Source: Azolla caroliniana (lineage: Eukaryota; Plantae; Polypodiophyta). From it: a stretch of DNA of 64,000 nucleotides. Below the pieces are notes generated by a model. It made no database searches and was not told where the DNA came from. It worked only from the letters and a program-made list of their open reading frames with translations. Position numbers and translations under genes: made by a program. The DNA lies in NCBI GenBank assembly GCA_043228905.1, contig JBHGNT010000018.1:3410001-3474000 (forward strand), written 5' to 3'. Each line of letters starts with the position of its first letter. The first letter of the stretch is position 1. This document shows positions 48,182 through 62,639 of this stretch, piece by piece.

Positions 48182-51100
48182 ATGGCTGGGAAGGCGAATA
48201 AGAATAAGGGAAAAGCGAAACCTGTGGTGAATGGAAGTCAGATAGAATCTAAAGGAAACCACGTTGAAACGAAAGGAAGCCATGTTGAAGATATAGAAAA
48301 CCATTGCAAAACCATAGCAGACGAGAATGTGGTGATAGCTGTGGGGAATTCTGATGCGGAAATCAGAAATGACACAAATGAAAAGAAAGTGGAGTCTTTT
48401 GGTATTTCAGAGAGTGAACCTAAGGAAATTTCTGAGAATGGTTCGTCAGTCAACGTGAAACCTGATATTGCTTTAAGCAGTGATGAAGCTCCAATTGAGG
48501 GACAACCAGAAGGTAAAATAGTATATTGTATCCTTTTTTTTCCATCGATATTTTGTTAAACGTTTTGTCCATTATGCTTTCTGCTATTGGATGATTGCCA
48601 TATCTTTATTTTCTGGTCCAGGTGAACTGAGATTATTCCCTGTGGCTGTGAACGGACCAGCTGGAGAGCATGTGGATTTGCAGGTTTAAATGCCTTACCA
48701 TTGTGGTTTTTTTAATAGATCATGATATGTGTAAGAATGGTATTTTTTATCATAGTGGCACTTAACCATTCCAAACATTACTTTTCCTTTACTTTAGTAT
48801 TTCATACGGTGAACTATTATTTTTCCTTTTTAGGAGATAGTCATATGTATCTAAATGATTACGATTATCTTCTTTAGTATATAATGGCACAATGTGATTG
48901 ATGCACTTTTTTTCCATCCCTTTGTATTGGTTTTTGTTCATTTAGGTAAGTTAAAGAACTTAAAGCTATGGTCTTTGCGCTTTGATTTATGTTTAGCAAT
49001 ACTGTTGTATTCCATTTTTTTGCCTGAAAAAATTTGATTGTATAATCATTTTCAGTGAATAAGAAAATCATTTTTTAAACATTTCCTATTTTAGAGTTTG
49101 TTGCCCTCCAACTAATGGTGTGAAAGAACACCGTTTTGGCTTAATCTTTGTCTGAAAACCGAGAGTATGTAAACATTAATTAGAAGAATCTATGTTTAAG
49201 CAATAGCTAGGTTAAAATTATGTTTTCTGTTCCCCGATTTTTCAGTTAATCTATTATGTAACGTAAAAATTTGCAATTCTTTTTCTTGTATATGATTCTT
49301 CAAGCTGATGTTGTAATTGTAAAAATATAGGTGAATCCAGTTGACTCGGTTATGGATCTTCGGCAGTTCCTACTTGATGCCCCAGAGACATGTTTCTATA
49401 CTAGCTATGATCTAATTCTAACAGCAGCAGATGGATCCAAGCATCAATTAGCAGATTTCTATGAGATAGGAGATGTTGCTGATGTGACTACAGGCGGCTG
49501 CTCTTTGGAGATGGTTAATGGTGAGGCTCATTTCCGCTCTCTATCTTTCTTTTATGACTTTAAACGTTTGATCCAATGTCATTTCAAAATGCAAATGATT
49601 GCATATTTACATTCTGTAATTTATACCATTTATACTGTAGACATGGGTAGCTTGACATCATTCATGTTGCAGCATTGTATGATGATAGGTCTATTAGAAG
49701 TCATTTACGGAGGACAAGAGACCTTCTTTCTTCAACAAATATTCATTCGTCTCTCTCCACGACTTTGGCAATGCAAAATGAATCTAAAAACAAGTCCAAC
49801 TCTGGTATGCAATGTGAAGCCTTGTACGCTTGGATCTTGTTTCATATTTTGTGGTACTTAATTTCCAAGACTTCATGGGATTTTGTACATTATCTTCAAT
49901 GTGCTGTCTCATGTCTGTGATTCAAAGCGGTCATGGGATTAATTAAATTCTCATTATGATTTCGTGTGTCAGTGTTTCATTGTTTATAATATCATATAAT
50001 TCAGGAACATAAGCAGAGTTTAATCTACAACAACTGCAAATATCCTTAATTTTTTCTCAGACTTATTACAATTTTTCCATGTGCATTATTTTGAAGCCAC
50101 AGTCAAATCTGAAGTGCCAGAACTTGAAGGTCTGGGATTCATGGAGGATCCGACTGGGAAGCTTGGTAACCTTATTGTGTCTCAAAGCCAATCAGAGATC
50201 AGATGTGTTGACAGACTTGCATTCTCTTCTTTTAATCCTGTTCCTGGATATCGGAGGTATTGCCTTCAGCACGTTTTAATTCCCTTGAAAAATTATAAGT
50301 GAGGGAATCTGAAGTTTTATGTATTGTATTTTTCCTATAATTTGCAGGCTTCTTGGGGACCTAATCTACTTAGATATACAAACATTAGAAGGTAAAAACT
50401 GTTGTGTAACAGGACATACCAGAGGGTTTTTTGTGAATTCAAGTACAGGATCTGTTTTGGATCCTCGCCCAGCTCATCCTCTACGGGAGGCTACTACTTT
50501 AGTGTCTTTGCTGCAACAGCTCAGTGAGAAATTTTCAAAAGGTATGCATGCTAAGAAACATTTTTAGTGAAAGAAGTGTCATAGAAATATAGGTTGAGAA
50601 TGTCTGAGAAGTGGAGGTGCATACATTTATCACATATGCAGGATTCTTGGAAGTCCTAGAATGCAAAGCCCAAGGTCACCCATTTGAAAATGTCCCTTCA
50701 TTGTTGCCTATTAACCCTTGGCTAGCACCTTATCCTCCTCCTGGTGAGTGTCATTGTTGTATTTTAAAAGCTTTGGATTATGGGAATATGTCTTGTTGTA
50801 TAAATATTGACAGACTCGATTATTATAAAACCTAGCACACAAAAGGGATGTGGGTCGAGCTGAAGATGCTGTAACACCGTCATATGGAACAGAGACTATT
50901 GGCATGCAGAGGGATTGGAATGAGGAGCTCCAATCTTGCCGTGAGTTTCCAAGGAAAACTTTACAGGACAGGTTTGTCTTCTCGTGGAATTTTTTTTTGT
51001 AGATGTGGAAAATCTGTGATGGTTGATATGTGAACAAATTTACAGAATCATGCGTGATCGGGCACTTTATAAAGTCAATTGTGATTTTGTTGATGCTGCA

Positions 51101-54100
51101 AGAAAAGGTGCGAAGGGTGTTATTGGTCGATGTATTTCTCCTATTAATCCTACTGATCCAGAGCGCTTCCACATGTAATTTATCAAGCCTTTCAAATATA
51201 TTCTATGCTAAAAATGATAATCTTCGATTAAAATTATAGGTTTTTGAGTTTATCTGTGGAAAATGGAGAAAAGAACTACATATGTATTATGGTTCTAACT
51301 GAAAATTGGGATTCTTGCTATTTTAGGTATGTGCACAACAATATATTTTTCAGTTTTGCAATGGATGGGGACTTTACATGGTTGCAACAGCTGCATGAGA
51401 AAGGCCTGATGAAAAACGAGGAACAAGGAGCGTCCAAACAGGTAGATGATTCAGCACAGGAAACTTCTCCAGAGTGTGCAGATGCTGTGGAGATTGTGGA
51501 TGAAGGTAAAATTGGTGCTGTTACAACTGATTCCGAACCTTCAAAGGAGGGAAATGCATCTTTACAAGCAGCAGAGAACGAACAGGCCACATATGCATCC
51601 GCTAATAATGATCTGAAAGGGACAAAAGCCTACAATAATGCAGATGTTTCAGGCCTGTACACACTGGCAATGACCATTATTGATTACAGAGGTCACAGGA
51701 TTGTTGCACAGGTATGTTGTAACAGTTTTGTTTAGGTGATATATACAATTAGTGAGCTGTTGTTTTGCTTATTGATCTGTATATTTGTTGGTTTAATGAT
51801 ACAGAGTATAATCCCTGGAATCCTTCAGGGGGATAAGTCTGAATCACTTCTTTATGGTTCTGTAGATAATGGCAAGAAGATATTCTGGAATGAGAAGTTC
51901 CATGCCAAGGTATGCTTGTGAAATATGAGTATTGAGAGCATATTTGGTATCTCCTGTTACGAGTTCTAAACTTTTCATATGCAGGTTCTCGAGGTTGGGA
52001 AATTATTACACATAAAAGAACATGAAGTGTTGGATGGTTCTGGTTCAGCTGTTAAGATGGCTGCTCCTGTTGAGTGCAAAGGCATAGTTGGTAGTGATGA
52101 CAGGTTTAACTCTGAACATTCACTGACAGTGCTTGTCATGCTAATATGAATAGGGAAAATTCTGAAATACCTGAATTTTTTCTTATTTCCTGAAATAGCC
52201 AAATTGTTTGTTATTAACAAACTTTATCAGTTTCCAAAAGATAAGTAGGAGGTGAATCACCTTGTAATGTCTCAAATAGCGTATATAATTGAGACTAAGG
52301 GCATGGATCGAACGTGTAATTGCCCAAATAACACATGAACTTATGCTTGAGAGGTGGTTTATGAAGGATTTTAAGAGAAATAACAAAAATTTGGGTGCAT
52401 CTGTGCACATAAAGAAAGACTCAGATGTTCCTTGAAAACTGTAGGCATTATGTCCTAGATCTCATGCGCACAACTCCAAGGGATGCCAACTATACAGGCC
52501 CCGGTTTTCGTCATGCTGTTCTGAGACCTGAGCTCGTGGCAGCATTTTGTCAAGTGAGCCTTTTGTGAATTGTGTTTGTCAAACAACTTTGTGCCTTATG
52601 TCATTCCTAATCTTTTATATTTAATAATGGATCATGCAGGCGGAGGCATTACACAAAATGAAATTAAAAATGAATAAAAAGGATGAAGTAGAAGAAAACA
52701 AAAAAGTGATACAAGAGGAGCTACTTTCTATTTGTTTAAACCCAAATGTTCTAACAGATTTTAAGCTTGCTGGTGATCCTGAGGTTCACTTCTTTTCGCT
52801 TTGCATGATTAGTTCTTTTCTTTTTCTGTATGACTTCAATATGTGTCCGATTAGTACATCAAAGTTTTGACAGGTGTTATCGTGAATGTAGGAAATAGCT
52901 GCTGATGAGGAAGCTGTAAAAAAAGCAGGGAAATATCTGATTGAAACTGTGCTCCCGAAGTTTGTTCAGGATTTAAGTAGCTTAGAAGTCTCTCCAATGG
53001 ATGGACAGACTTTGACTGAAGCTCTGCATGCTCATGGCATCAACATGCGGTATTTAGGCCAAGTAAATCTCAATGATCCTAATTCCTGACATGTTGAAAG
53101 TGATTTAAGAGTTCTTTTATTTCAGAAAATGGATTTGCAGGCTATATTTGATACTGACACATTTTTCCGCCTTCCAAATTATTATTTAGGTTGCAAACCT
53201 TTCCAAGCATTTACCACATATATGGGATTTATGTGTTGTGGAAATGGTTACTCGTACCACAAAACATGTATTAAAGGTGAATTCTTTGCACCAAATCTTG
53301 GTCCTTTTACATTCTTGGACCTTGAATTGCATGTTTCGTTCTCCATGCCTCCTGCTTTGGTTGTGATTTATGGTGATGACTACCAGTAATCAGGATGTCT
53401 TATTAATCTTCGTGATTAACTAACTTGCAGGGAATATTGAGAGCAACTCAAGATCATGATGTTGCTGGTGCCATTGCACATTTTCTTAACTGTTATCTTG
53501 GATATGATGTGCCTAATGCTACACCTGACTCTGATAAGACCTCAGATCCTCCTGCTCCAAAAACTCCTGTGAAATCTGCAGTGATGGAAAAGGCCCGCAA
53601 AAAAGGCAAGAGTGGCAAAAAGTCACTTGAAAATTCAAGCTCCATATCTGTAAGTTGTCGGCAGTTCTTTCAAGGGTTCCATATTTCAGTGAGATGTGCA
53701 TGCAATGTACACTCTGTTTTTAGCTGTGCGCCAAACACCACGTTTGTGTGCATCAGCATTCACCAATTTGTATATATACATATCTATATATGCATCTTTG
53801 TTTTGTAAGTATATGTATATGCTAAGTAGGAAGGAGAGGATTCTCGAAAATGGGTGCATGAGAATCTGTCTGAAGTTGAATTACAGTTGATCAAATATCT
53901 CTCTTTCTGTATATTTGTAATATTCCAATCATTGCATATGGCAGAGTACTGGGACATGAAAATTTATGCATGTCCACAAAATGGATTGGGTGCATCAGAA
54001 AGTCTGTGAACTGTTGTAAGGGATACCTTCATGATGAAATGTATTTTTGCAGTATAGTATAGATTATTGATTGTGTATGAATGCATTCTAGCAACTTATA

Positions 54101-57100
54101 CAAACATGCATGTTTTCCATTTCTATATGTCATTCCCTACCAAATCCAGGTTCATGTAACTTGCGGTTTTAATTCATCCACCCTTCCTAATGTGCTTGTG
54201 TTATGCAATTCTAATGTTAATGTTATCCTGGAGTTAACATCTTTATTTTGTGAAGTTATTAAATCATAATGTTTTATAAATATGAATATTATGCTCATAT
54301 CATGTTTTCCACTTTTTATTTTGAATTTCTTTCTATTTTTATTTTTAGAATGGCAATTTTGCTGCACAGAAGACTGCTTCTTATTTGTGCATCACTTCAA
54401 GTCTTGTATGGAAGGACATCCAGGAAGGGGTCAAGTTCAAGTACCAGGTTTAATATTGTTCTCCAACTTTAATTTTTCCAATGATGTTGAATGAATATTT
54501 TCTGAGTATCGAAGGACATGCTATGCAGTTTGAACTTCCAGATGATGTTCTAACAAAAGTGCGAAAGATTTCAACCATACGAAACTTGTGCCACAAGGTG
54601 TATCTTGTATTCTTTTATTTTCCTTCAATTGTCATAAAATGAGTCTGGATATTAACTTCTATGAATTCAGGTTGGAATCACATTGGCTGCTAGGAACTAT
54701 GACTTCCATGCAGGTGTTCCTTTTCAAATATCAGACATTCTTGATCTGCATGCTGTTGTGAAGCACTCGGTGCCAATGTGTGCAGATGCCAGAGACCTAC
54801 TGGAAAGTGGAAAATTAAAGTTGGCAGAGGTTAGTTACCTCAAATGTTCGAAGTGGGTAGCAGGAAACTTTATTTTCTGTCAAAGCAAACTGCATACGAA
54901 CATTGGCATTTTGAAGATTAGATGACAAAGAATACTTCTCATTCTATTACAATTTAAGCTTTCCAGTGACATTGAACTGAGATGATTGCATAGGAATATT
55001 GGCATTTCAAAATTTATATATGGAAATAATACTTAATCTATTATAATTTAAGCTTTCCGGTGACATTGAATTTTGTAATTAAATATAATTTGAAAATGAT
55101 TCCTAGATGTAATGCTCAAATTTGATTCCCTGTGAATTTTCATCTCAATTAAACTAGGTCTAATATCAAGTTGTTATAAATTGCTGTTTCCAGGGAAAAC
55201 TCAACGAGGCATATGAATTGTTCTTTGAGGGTTTTAGCATTCTTCAGCAAGTGAGTTCTTTATGGCTGAAATAATAAAATTTAAATGCTATTAAAACATG
55301 CAGAACAGAAAATAAATCCTGTCACTTCAAAACTATGGTGGTAATTCTGCTTAACTCATGCCAGGTTTGTGGACCCATGCACCGGGAAGTTGCCAATTGT
55401 TGTAGGTGAGTATTCTTTCTTTTCCTGGAAACCAGCGAAGTTGTTTTTAATGGTTGCTTCTATTGTACTTCTATCTTTGGTCAAGAAATAGATGCAATTT
55501 ATGTTTCTATTTGTTTCCTTACATATCTTCAGATTGCTAAATATGTAGGCCTTTGCAATATGTGTGATTCCACAGGTACTTGGCGATGGTTTTGTACCAT
55601 GCTGGAGATATGGCTGGTGCTATTATGCAGCAACATAAAGAACTCATTATCAATGAAAGATGCCTCGGCTTAGACCATCCTGATACAGCTCACAGGTTCA
55701 GTGTTTTTATTACACCCTTAACCTTTATACACCGATATTTATCCTTGTTTATTTCAAACCTTATAAATCATATTTATTTTGTGTTTGGTAATCCTTGCAG
55801 TTATGGCAACATGGCATTATTCTATCATGGTCTCAATCAGACGGAACTTGCCTTGCGACATATGGCTCGCACATTGTTGTTATTAAATGTTTCAAGTGGA
55901 TCAGACCATCCTGATGTTGCTGCAACATTTATTAACATAGCAATGATGTACCAGGATATTGGTCGAATGAATGTAGCACTGAGATATTTACAGGAAGCAC
56001 TGCAAAAGAATTTACGTCTCTTAGGAGAGGAACATATACAAACAGCTGTATGCTACCATGCTTTGGCAATTGCTTTCAACTGTATTGGAGCTTACAAGTT
56101 ATCTGTACAGGTCTCTTCTAAATTTTTATCCTCCAAAACCTGTGTATAAAAATTTCAAATTTCAAATTTGAGCTCTCATAGCCTGATCATTTTTTCCCTT
56201 TTTAAAAATATCCTACAGCATGAGCGAAGCACTTACAACATACTTGCAAAGCAGCTCGGAGAAGATGATACAAGAACACGTGATTCTGCAAATTGGATGA
56301 AAACTTTTCAACTTCGAGATGCGCAGGTCAGTATTTATGGAGTAATTTATAGTTTTAAATGAATTGTGTCTATTTCCACACTTATGTGAATTTAAAGGGT
56401 ATAAATACTTGCAGAAAGGTCAGCAGCAATCTGCTACACTGGCAGCGGCTCAAAAGGCTGCAGATGTGTTGAAGGTCAGTGAGAGCTTAGAATTGGAAGT
56501 AATTATTCTGCTGAGCAGTACATGGGGAAACTCAAAATATCCCCGAGTGTTTTGTTATTTCCCTAAATGCCTTAAATCAACCCCTAAAAGGGAGGTAGAG
56601 AAGATGATCGACGATGTCATTACTTGCTCAACATGCTGTTGACTAATAATGGCATTTGAGAAATAATGAAAACCTCGTGTCATTTTTGGAAATAAAAAAA
56701 CTCAATTTCATGAGCCTAAGAGGATCTTCTTTTGAGAAAATGTATATTATTGGTAAAAAAATGTCTTTGATAGCTTGTCGAGGAGGGATTTTCAACTTTC
56801 TGTTTTGGGAAAATGCATATTATCTGTTAAAAAGTGTCTTTGATATTGCCAAGGAGGATTTTATCTGTTAATGACATCTGTAAGGCACTATTCTAGTGAA
56901 ATGTTTAGTGTTTTAAAAGTTTTTTGCTCTCTTCTTTGCCCAGGCTCGTCCAGACCTTTTACAGGCTTTTCAGGCAGCTGCAGCAGCTGGAGGAGCATCA
57001 AGAGGCTCTCTAGACAAAGCAGCTGCTACCGCCGCATTAATTATAGAGAGAGGAAAGGTAGCAAGACCAAGGGGTACGGATGAGCGAGGTGCTCGTGCAA

Positions 57101-57480
57101 AGGCTGAGGCCCGAAAAAGGGCTGAGGCTAGAGGTGTCAATGTTCGCTCCCAAAATAGTAATGTTCATCCCCAAAGTAGCACCCAAGAATTGCCTGATCT
57201 AATGACAACAAATGGGCTTGATGATGGAAAGGAGCCAGGTGAGAACCCGAGTTTAAGTTTGTCAAATGGAGCTAAGAAAGAAACAAATAATGAGCAAGAT
57301 GCAAGAAGTCTTGTGGAAGATGCAAAAACAGATGCACAGGTAGAATCAACTGATTTGATGGAAGGCAATGATGGTGTCGAGACTAGTGTCAAAGAGAAAG
57401 CACAGGAAAAAGAACCTATTGGGCTTGGTGCAGGGTTAGGCAATAAATTAAAGCCGCTGAAGGTGAAGGTCGTGAGCTAA
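48182..57480 (+). CDS. FMT: Clustered mitochondria protein (FRIENDLY/CLU; CLU and TPR domains), multi-exon
   Basis: ATG 48182 (MAGKANKNKGK). Exons encode DSVMDLRQFLLDAPETCFYT, GDLIYLDIQTLEG, IGMQRDWNEELQSCREF, YASANNDLKGTKAY, IPGILQGDKS.SLLYGSVDNGK, DLMRTTPRDANY, MVLYHAGDMAGAIMQQHKELIINERCLGLDHPDTAH. Stop TAA at 57478-57480. Probable 5'UTR intron from 47935. Confidence 0.93.
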
Positions 57481-59865
57481 AATGCTAAGTTAGTGCTGCC
57501 TTCCATACTGATTGTGTCCTGCTATAACTTGGTGAAAGAAATCGAATTGAAGTGTAGGATGGTCTCTCAGAGTGATGTGTGCAGCCAGATGTTTTTGGTT
57601 TTTCTGGTTTGCAGATCAAATTTTGTTTCCGAAGAGCGGGGTCTTCCAAATGTTTGGCTGGATTTGTCCCCTTATGTAAAAGCATTGATTGGATAGCAGT
57701 TGCATTTCTGTTAATTGGGTAGCTGAATAAAATTTGTGAATGGTCCAGGTAAATGTGCAACTCTTCTTGAGAGAGTAAGCTTGTATTGACCATATTGCTA
57801 TATGTCCTCAATAAAAGTAACTGTTTTTATTCTTGATTCAATATTCAGTTTGTAAAGAAAAATTCTAGTGTCTGAATCATGGAGAAATTTGTTGTCATTC
57901 TTTTTTAATCTGCTTTAGGCACCATGTGCTGTAAAAAAATCCAATTCTTGTAACTATTTTTATACAATGCTAACTTGCACTATTTTGAAGTGATTTGTGA
58001 AAATAATATTGGATAGTGCTATATATAAATCAAGCTTCTTGCAAGCAGGGTCACCCCTTACTAGGTGTTACATTGAAACTGGCAATGTATCATTTGAAAT
58101 GATGTTCCCATTTGCAGTGCGCCACAGCCATTTATTGCTGAAGTTTTTATTATGATCCCTGGAGGCTATATATGTAATGGTGATTCTTGATGCTGTGTAT
58201 ATGGTGATTACAAAAGGAATGCATGTTATGGAGTGGTCAGTGTTGATAACGTGTAAAAAATAAATTCAAATTGGTTGACTGCAGTTTATTGTAAGTTGCC
58301 ATACTTGGCAGCAAATTGAAGGGAGTATGATGTAAGTTGTATTGGAAACATTGATGCTGATGGTGGATAGTTTTTGTCGAAAATATGTACTGGTGTCTGT
58401 TTTTCCGTATTCAAAAAGATGGATTGATAACTTAACACAAAAATGTCTGAAACTGTGAGCTTCCTTATATTTCCCATAATCATGAAGTAAATGTGATGCA
58501 TCTTCCTTGAAATCGTGAATCCAAAATTTTGCTTGAATCCTGCTAGATTATATGAAGCAAATGTGAGTTTTTTCAAATCTGTTGCCTGCAGTCATCTGTC
58601 ACTGACCATAATCAACGATAATCTTACTAAGACATGTCTGAATCTCAAGAATTACGTGCATGGTTGTGCTTGTAACATGGTGTGGATACATTTTTGAACA
58701 TTTTCCAACCCTTACCGAGTGGACTCAAGGATGTTAGTGCATCTGCTTCATCAGCCTAATAGAGCAGCACTACTATTAAATTAAATAATCACATCTACTA
58801 ACAAGACTTGAACAATGTTTAATTTTCTTTTTTCCAAAAGCTACAATCTCTAATTTTATGATAATACATTACCTTGATGAAACAATAATTTTACAGCAAT
58901 GAACTTTAAACTCGAGAAATATCCAACAAAGGCATGCATCATTCTAAAACCAATCTAAACTCATGTCTGTCTCTACAATTCTGTTTACTATATAAGAAAT
59001 AAACTTGTTTTTAGAATCATTCATAATTATCTCAAGATGTAGCTTTACAACAGTTTCTACAACAGAAGGTTTAAGAAGTCAGCATGGCAAAATTTCGAAG
59101 TATGAGTGATTGTGTCTATGTAAGCAATGCAGATATGTGAAGGTATGTGTGTAAGAGTATACCCGTTAATTATTATGAAAGATCTCAAGTCCAAAGGTAG
59201 GTTTGCAAACCTCCTCTTGTAACTGATACGATAGATTTCTCTTGAACAGCAAAAGCAAATGTATCATCATTCATTTTACAATGGCCACATAGTCTACTAA
59301 TCCTCACGTCAATGAACAAACCTTTAAAACTTATGATCAAGAATCAAAATTAGGTTTTCGAAAGCAGACCTGATATGCTAAGCAACCACAGAAAGAACTA
59401 ATACAACAGGGGAAGGACTTGTTCCGTCTGATTACCATCCAAAACAGGATCTTCTGGATTAAAGATTGAGAATCCTAGTTTTAAACCTGCCGAAGATATT
59501 ATAATTATCCTCAAAAAACCATGCTTGGTATTGTGAGTCAGTTGGATGTCACTGCAAGGACAATGAAACAATGCAAAGTTCAAACACATACTCTTCTCGA
59601 AGCATCTAAGGAGGTAATCAAGCAATGCAAGTTAGATGTAATCAAACAGAGACGAGCAAATAGGAGGTTCAGTTCTAGAAGAAACAGGAGCTGCGAGCTT
59701 GCTCTTCATTAAATAGCTGGAACCAGACGGAACTCACATTATGAAAAAAAGAAAGCATTGTGATTGCAAACGGAACCAAACAGTCGTAACTGGAGAACGT
59801 ATTAAAGCATTTTGATTGCAATGGTAACATGGTACTTGTGAATCAAGCTAATTTCATTTAAATGA

Positions 59866-60681
59866 TCATAGGTATATATCTAGATCTGAAACAGATTTCT
59901 TCCGGAAGGGAACAATCAAAGAAGAGCTAAAATCTGTATTCTTGGTCTCAGAAAATCTTCTCAAAGCAGAAACAAGACGGCTGGGAGCTGAAGGTCCCGA
60001 GTCAGGCCATGAAAACAAAGCTCTCGCTTTGATTCCATGGATATGGCAACGAGTTAAAACCGCGGCAGGTAACCCAGACACCACACTACCCGAAGGGAAG
60101 TACGGGAAATCCTCAATGTTATCAGCTCCTTTCTCAGAGCGTTGTGTATCTGTCTCCATTCTAAAGATGGCACGGTCGTCTGCCGATAGCTTACCTCGGA
60201 AATTCTCCATTTGAACAGAAGCAAGAATGAGGAGTCTTTCAGGGACGATGGAGTCAAGCAGAAGTTTTGCGAGCGCGTAGGTACGTTCTTCAGGCACAGA
60301 TTTGGGGACACACATAACCACAGCTGAAGTTTTTCCTTCGTCTTTATTCAGATAACAGAGATCGCAGACAATCTCTGATTTTAATGAAGGATCTTGAGGT
60401 TGAGAAGGGGAATCAGGAAGCTGAGGGGAAGGAGGTAAAACAATCGAGCCGAGAGGGACCTTATCGTGCAGGTTGTGGAAGAGATGGACGGATGCAGATG
60501 AGACAGAAACGATGAGGATTGGAGGTCGGAGAGGGAGGTCTCCAAGGCCATTGCGATGGTCGAGAGAGATGTAAGGAAGGGGGGGAGTATGCAGGCCATG
60601 GAAGGAGAAGTTGCTGAGCTCGTCGAGGTCGAAGCGGGAAGGAGGAGGGAGATCTGTGAGGGGATCCTGCGTTCCCATCAT
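59866..60681 (-). CDS. Proteasome assembly chaperone 1 (PAC1/PSMG1)-like protein, intronless
   Basis: 271-aa ORF with N-terminal DPLTDLPPPSRF, plus QMENFRGKL, YFPSGSVVSGLPAAVLTRC and C-terminal DIYL, resembling plant PAC1 as recalled. Confidence 0.75.
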   Translation of the reverse strand: MMGTQDPLTDLPPPSRFDLDELSNFSFHGLHTPPLPYISLDHRNGLGDLPLRPPILIVSVSSASVHLFHNLHDKVPLGSIVLPPSPQLPDSPSQPQDPSLKSEIVCDLCYLNKDEGKTSAVVMCVPKSVPEERTYALAKLLLDSIVPERLLILASVQMENFRGKLSADDRAIFRMETDTQRSEKGADNIEDFPYFPSGSVVSGLPAAVLTRCHIHGIKARALFSWPDSGPSAPSRLVSALRRFSETKNTDFSSSLIVPFRKKSVSDLDIYL

Positions 60682-60709
60682 GGCTGTATTGGACCGAAGA
60701 AAAGAAGTG

Positions 60710-60812
60710 AAACCCTAAAAAAGACACTCTGCGTAGAAACCCTAAAAGACCTTTCTCCTCATCTGCGTATAGAGGGAATAGATACCCTAAAGTGTGTGCT
60801 GCAGAAACCCTA
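60710..60812. promoter_or_regulatory. Cluster of telo-boxes (AAACCCTA) upstream of the PAC1-like start codon
   Basis: AAACCCTA at 60710, 60737 and 60805, plus ACCCTAA at 60784. Confidence 0.6.
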
Positions 60813-60897
60813 AAACTTCGCCTTCCTATGTTGTATGTCTGCTTCTTCTGCTTCGTCTTCGCGGTTTGCGTTTGCTTTTAAATAATGAGAATAATGT

Positions 60898-61094
60898 ATG
60901 TGTAAAATTACGTGAATACCCCTCCTTACTTTCTTTGAATTCCATAAAGACTACCCCCCAAGACAAACACTCTCTCATGGGACAACCAATTTTATAGAAT
61001 GTGTAAAATTACGTGAATACCCCTCCTTACTTTCTTTGAATTCCATAAAGACTACCCCCCAAGACAAACACTCTCTCATGGGACAACCAATTTT
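60898..61094. repeat. Perfect ~96-bp tandem duplication (60898-60993 and 60999-61094)
   Basis: ATGTGTAAAATTACGTGAATACCCCTCC...GGGACAACCAATTTT occurs twice. Confidence 0.95.
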
Positions 61095-61243
61095 GGTCTT
61101 ACAATACATTAAAATCTCTCTCTCTCTCTCTCTCTTTTATCGTAAGTACCTTGTTACACTACAAGCACTACGAAACCCAATTATCTCACCTCTCTATTAC
61201 ATACTTCATACATATCTCTTTTTAATTCACTAGATGAGCCATT

Positions 61244-61321
61244 GTGGAATGTAGGAGTTGAACCCATGATCTCTTGGTCTCCATTGGGTTTTGGGCAACC
61301 TTACCAACTGAGCTACATCCA
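61244..61321 (-). mobile_element. tRNA-derived SINE head or tRNA pseudogene remnant
   Basis: Minus strand GGATGTAGCTCAGTTGGTAAGG (A box) ... GGGTTCAACTCC (B box). No convincing anticodon arm. Confidence 0.55.
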
Positions 61322-62639
61322 TCTAGGCTCTATCTCTGTCTCTAGTAAAAGCACAGAATGATATTAACTCTATGTAAAATCCACTCGTTAGTCTCCTCTG
61401 CCTACCTATCCTTATCTAGAGAGAGGGACATGGGACATCTTGTAAAGCCATTAGAAAACCTCAGTATGCACTCGAGGAAATGATCCCCACATTGCTCTAA
61501 CATCCATAAATTCTACATAAGAATGTGTTTCAATTTCTTTATACAGGCTTTCACCCCATGCCTACCATCAAACATGAAAGTGTTACACATATTCCAATTG
61601 TGTTGCAATCCCCAATATCGTAAAAATTGTAACAATAAATATCTCTTACTTGTCCTTTGGACCATTTTGATCGTATCGAGAAAAAACCCATCATTGAGGG
61701 TTCAAATAACAACGGGTTATAATTTGTCAAATATCCGATATGTATTTTCAAATTATATGCATTGTTGGACATTTGATGAACCTATGTGTATTGTCCTCCG
61801 ACGGAATGGTGCAAAAGAAGCATGTACCTGAATCACGACCCTAGTCCTTGTCTCTGTAAGGCTGAACCTAATGGAACCCCACCAATCACGATTCTCCATA
61901 CGAATGCCTTTGCACAAAATGGCAAATGGAAATGCTAAACATGTCGCAAAATTTGCCACCACCTTGCATTTGACTTACATACATTTTACACCTTTTTTGT
62001 TTTAGGTGATATCCAAGATAATGATGTCATTGCATGATGATACAATATATTTGTACAAAATATTTCATGTAGATGCAACAACCATTGTTTGGGAGGGATA
62101 TGTGTTGTTGCATCCATGTGAAATATTAAGTATCCATGCCTAGTTTAAATGTTGTTTTATTTGAACAAGGTAGAGGAAGTCATAGAATAGTGAGTGTGAT
62201 AAATGCGATTGTAAGAGAATGAGAGATGTGTACAAATGTGTGCTTAATCTTCATTTCCATTATATCACAAGCTTCTACCTATCAATTGTGCCAAAGAGTT
62301 AACCACTCTTTAGACTCGAGCAAATGATTCGTAAGTAGTAAAAATGTGACTAATTGAAATTGAGAGATTATGTAATCAATGTCAAATCTTGTAAGTGAGA
62401 GAAACAATCGCTATATTTTAAAGTTGAATGTACATACTTTCATACCTTAAATCAGCTTCTTTTCCACACAACCTAATCTTGTGATCTTAACATAAATTCC
62501 AAGAGAATGAACTAATTTTGCAAAGGTATTTATCTTCTTACATGGTGGTTTTACAATCTTTACAAGGTTTAATGGAGTAATTGCAGACCTTTCCCATTAT
62601 TTTTTATAGAGGTTGGTAATTACTAGGCCATTGAGGTTT

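Noticed and set aside
61244-61321. Possible functional tRNA gene
   Set aside because: A and B boxes are present but there is no proper anticodon stem or cloverleaf, so it is called a SINE or pseudo-tRNA instead
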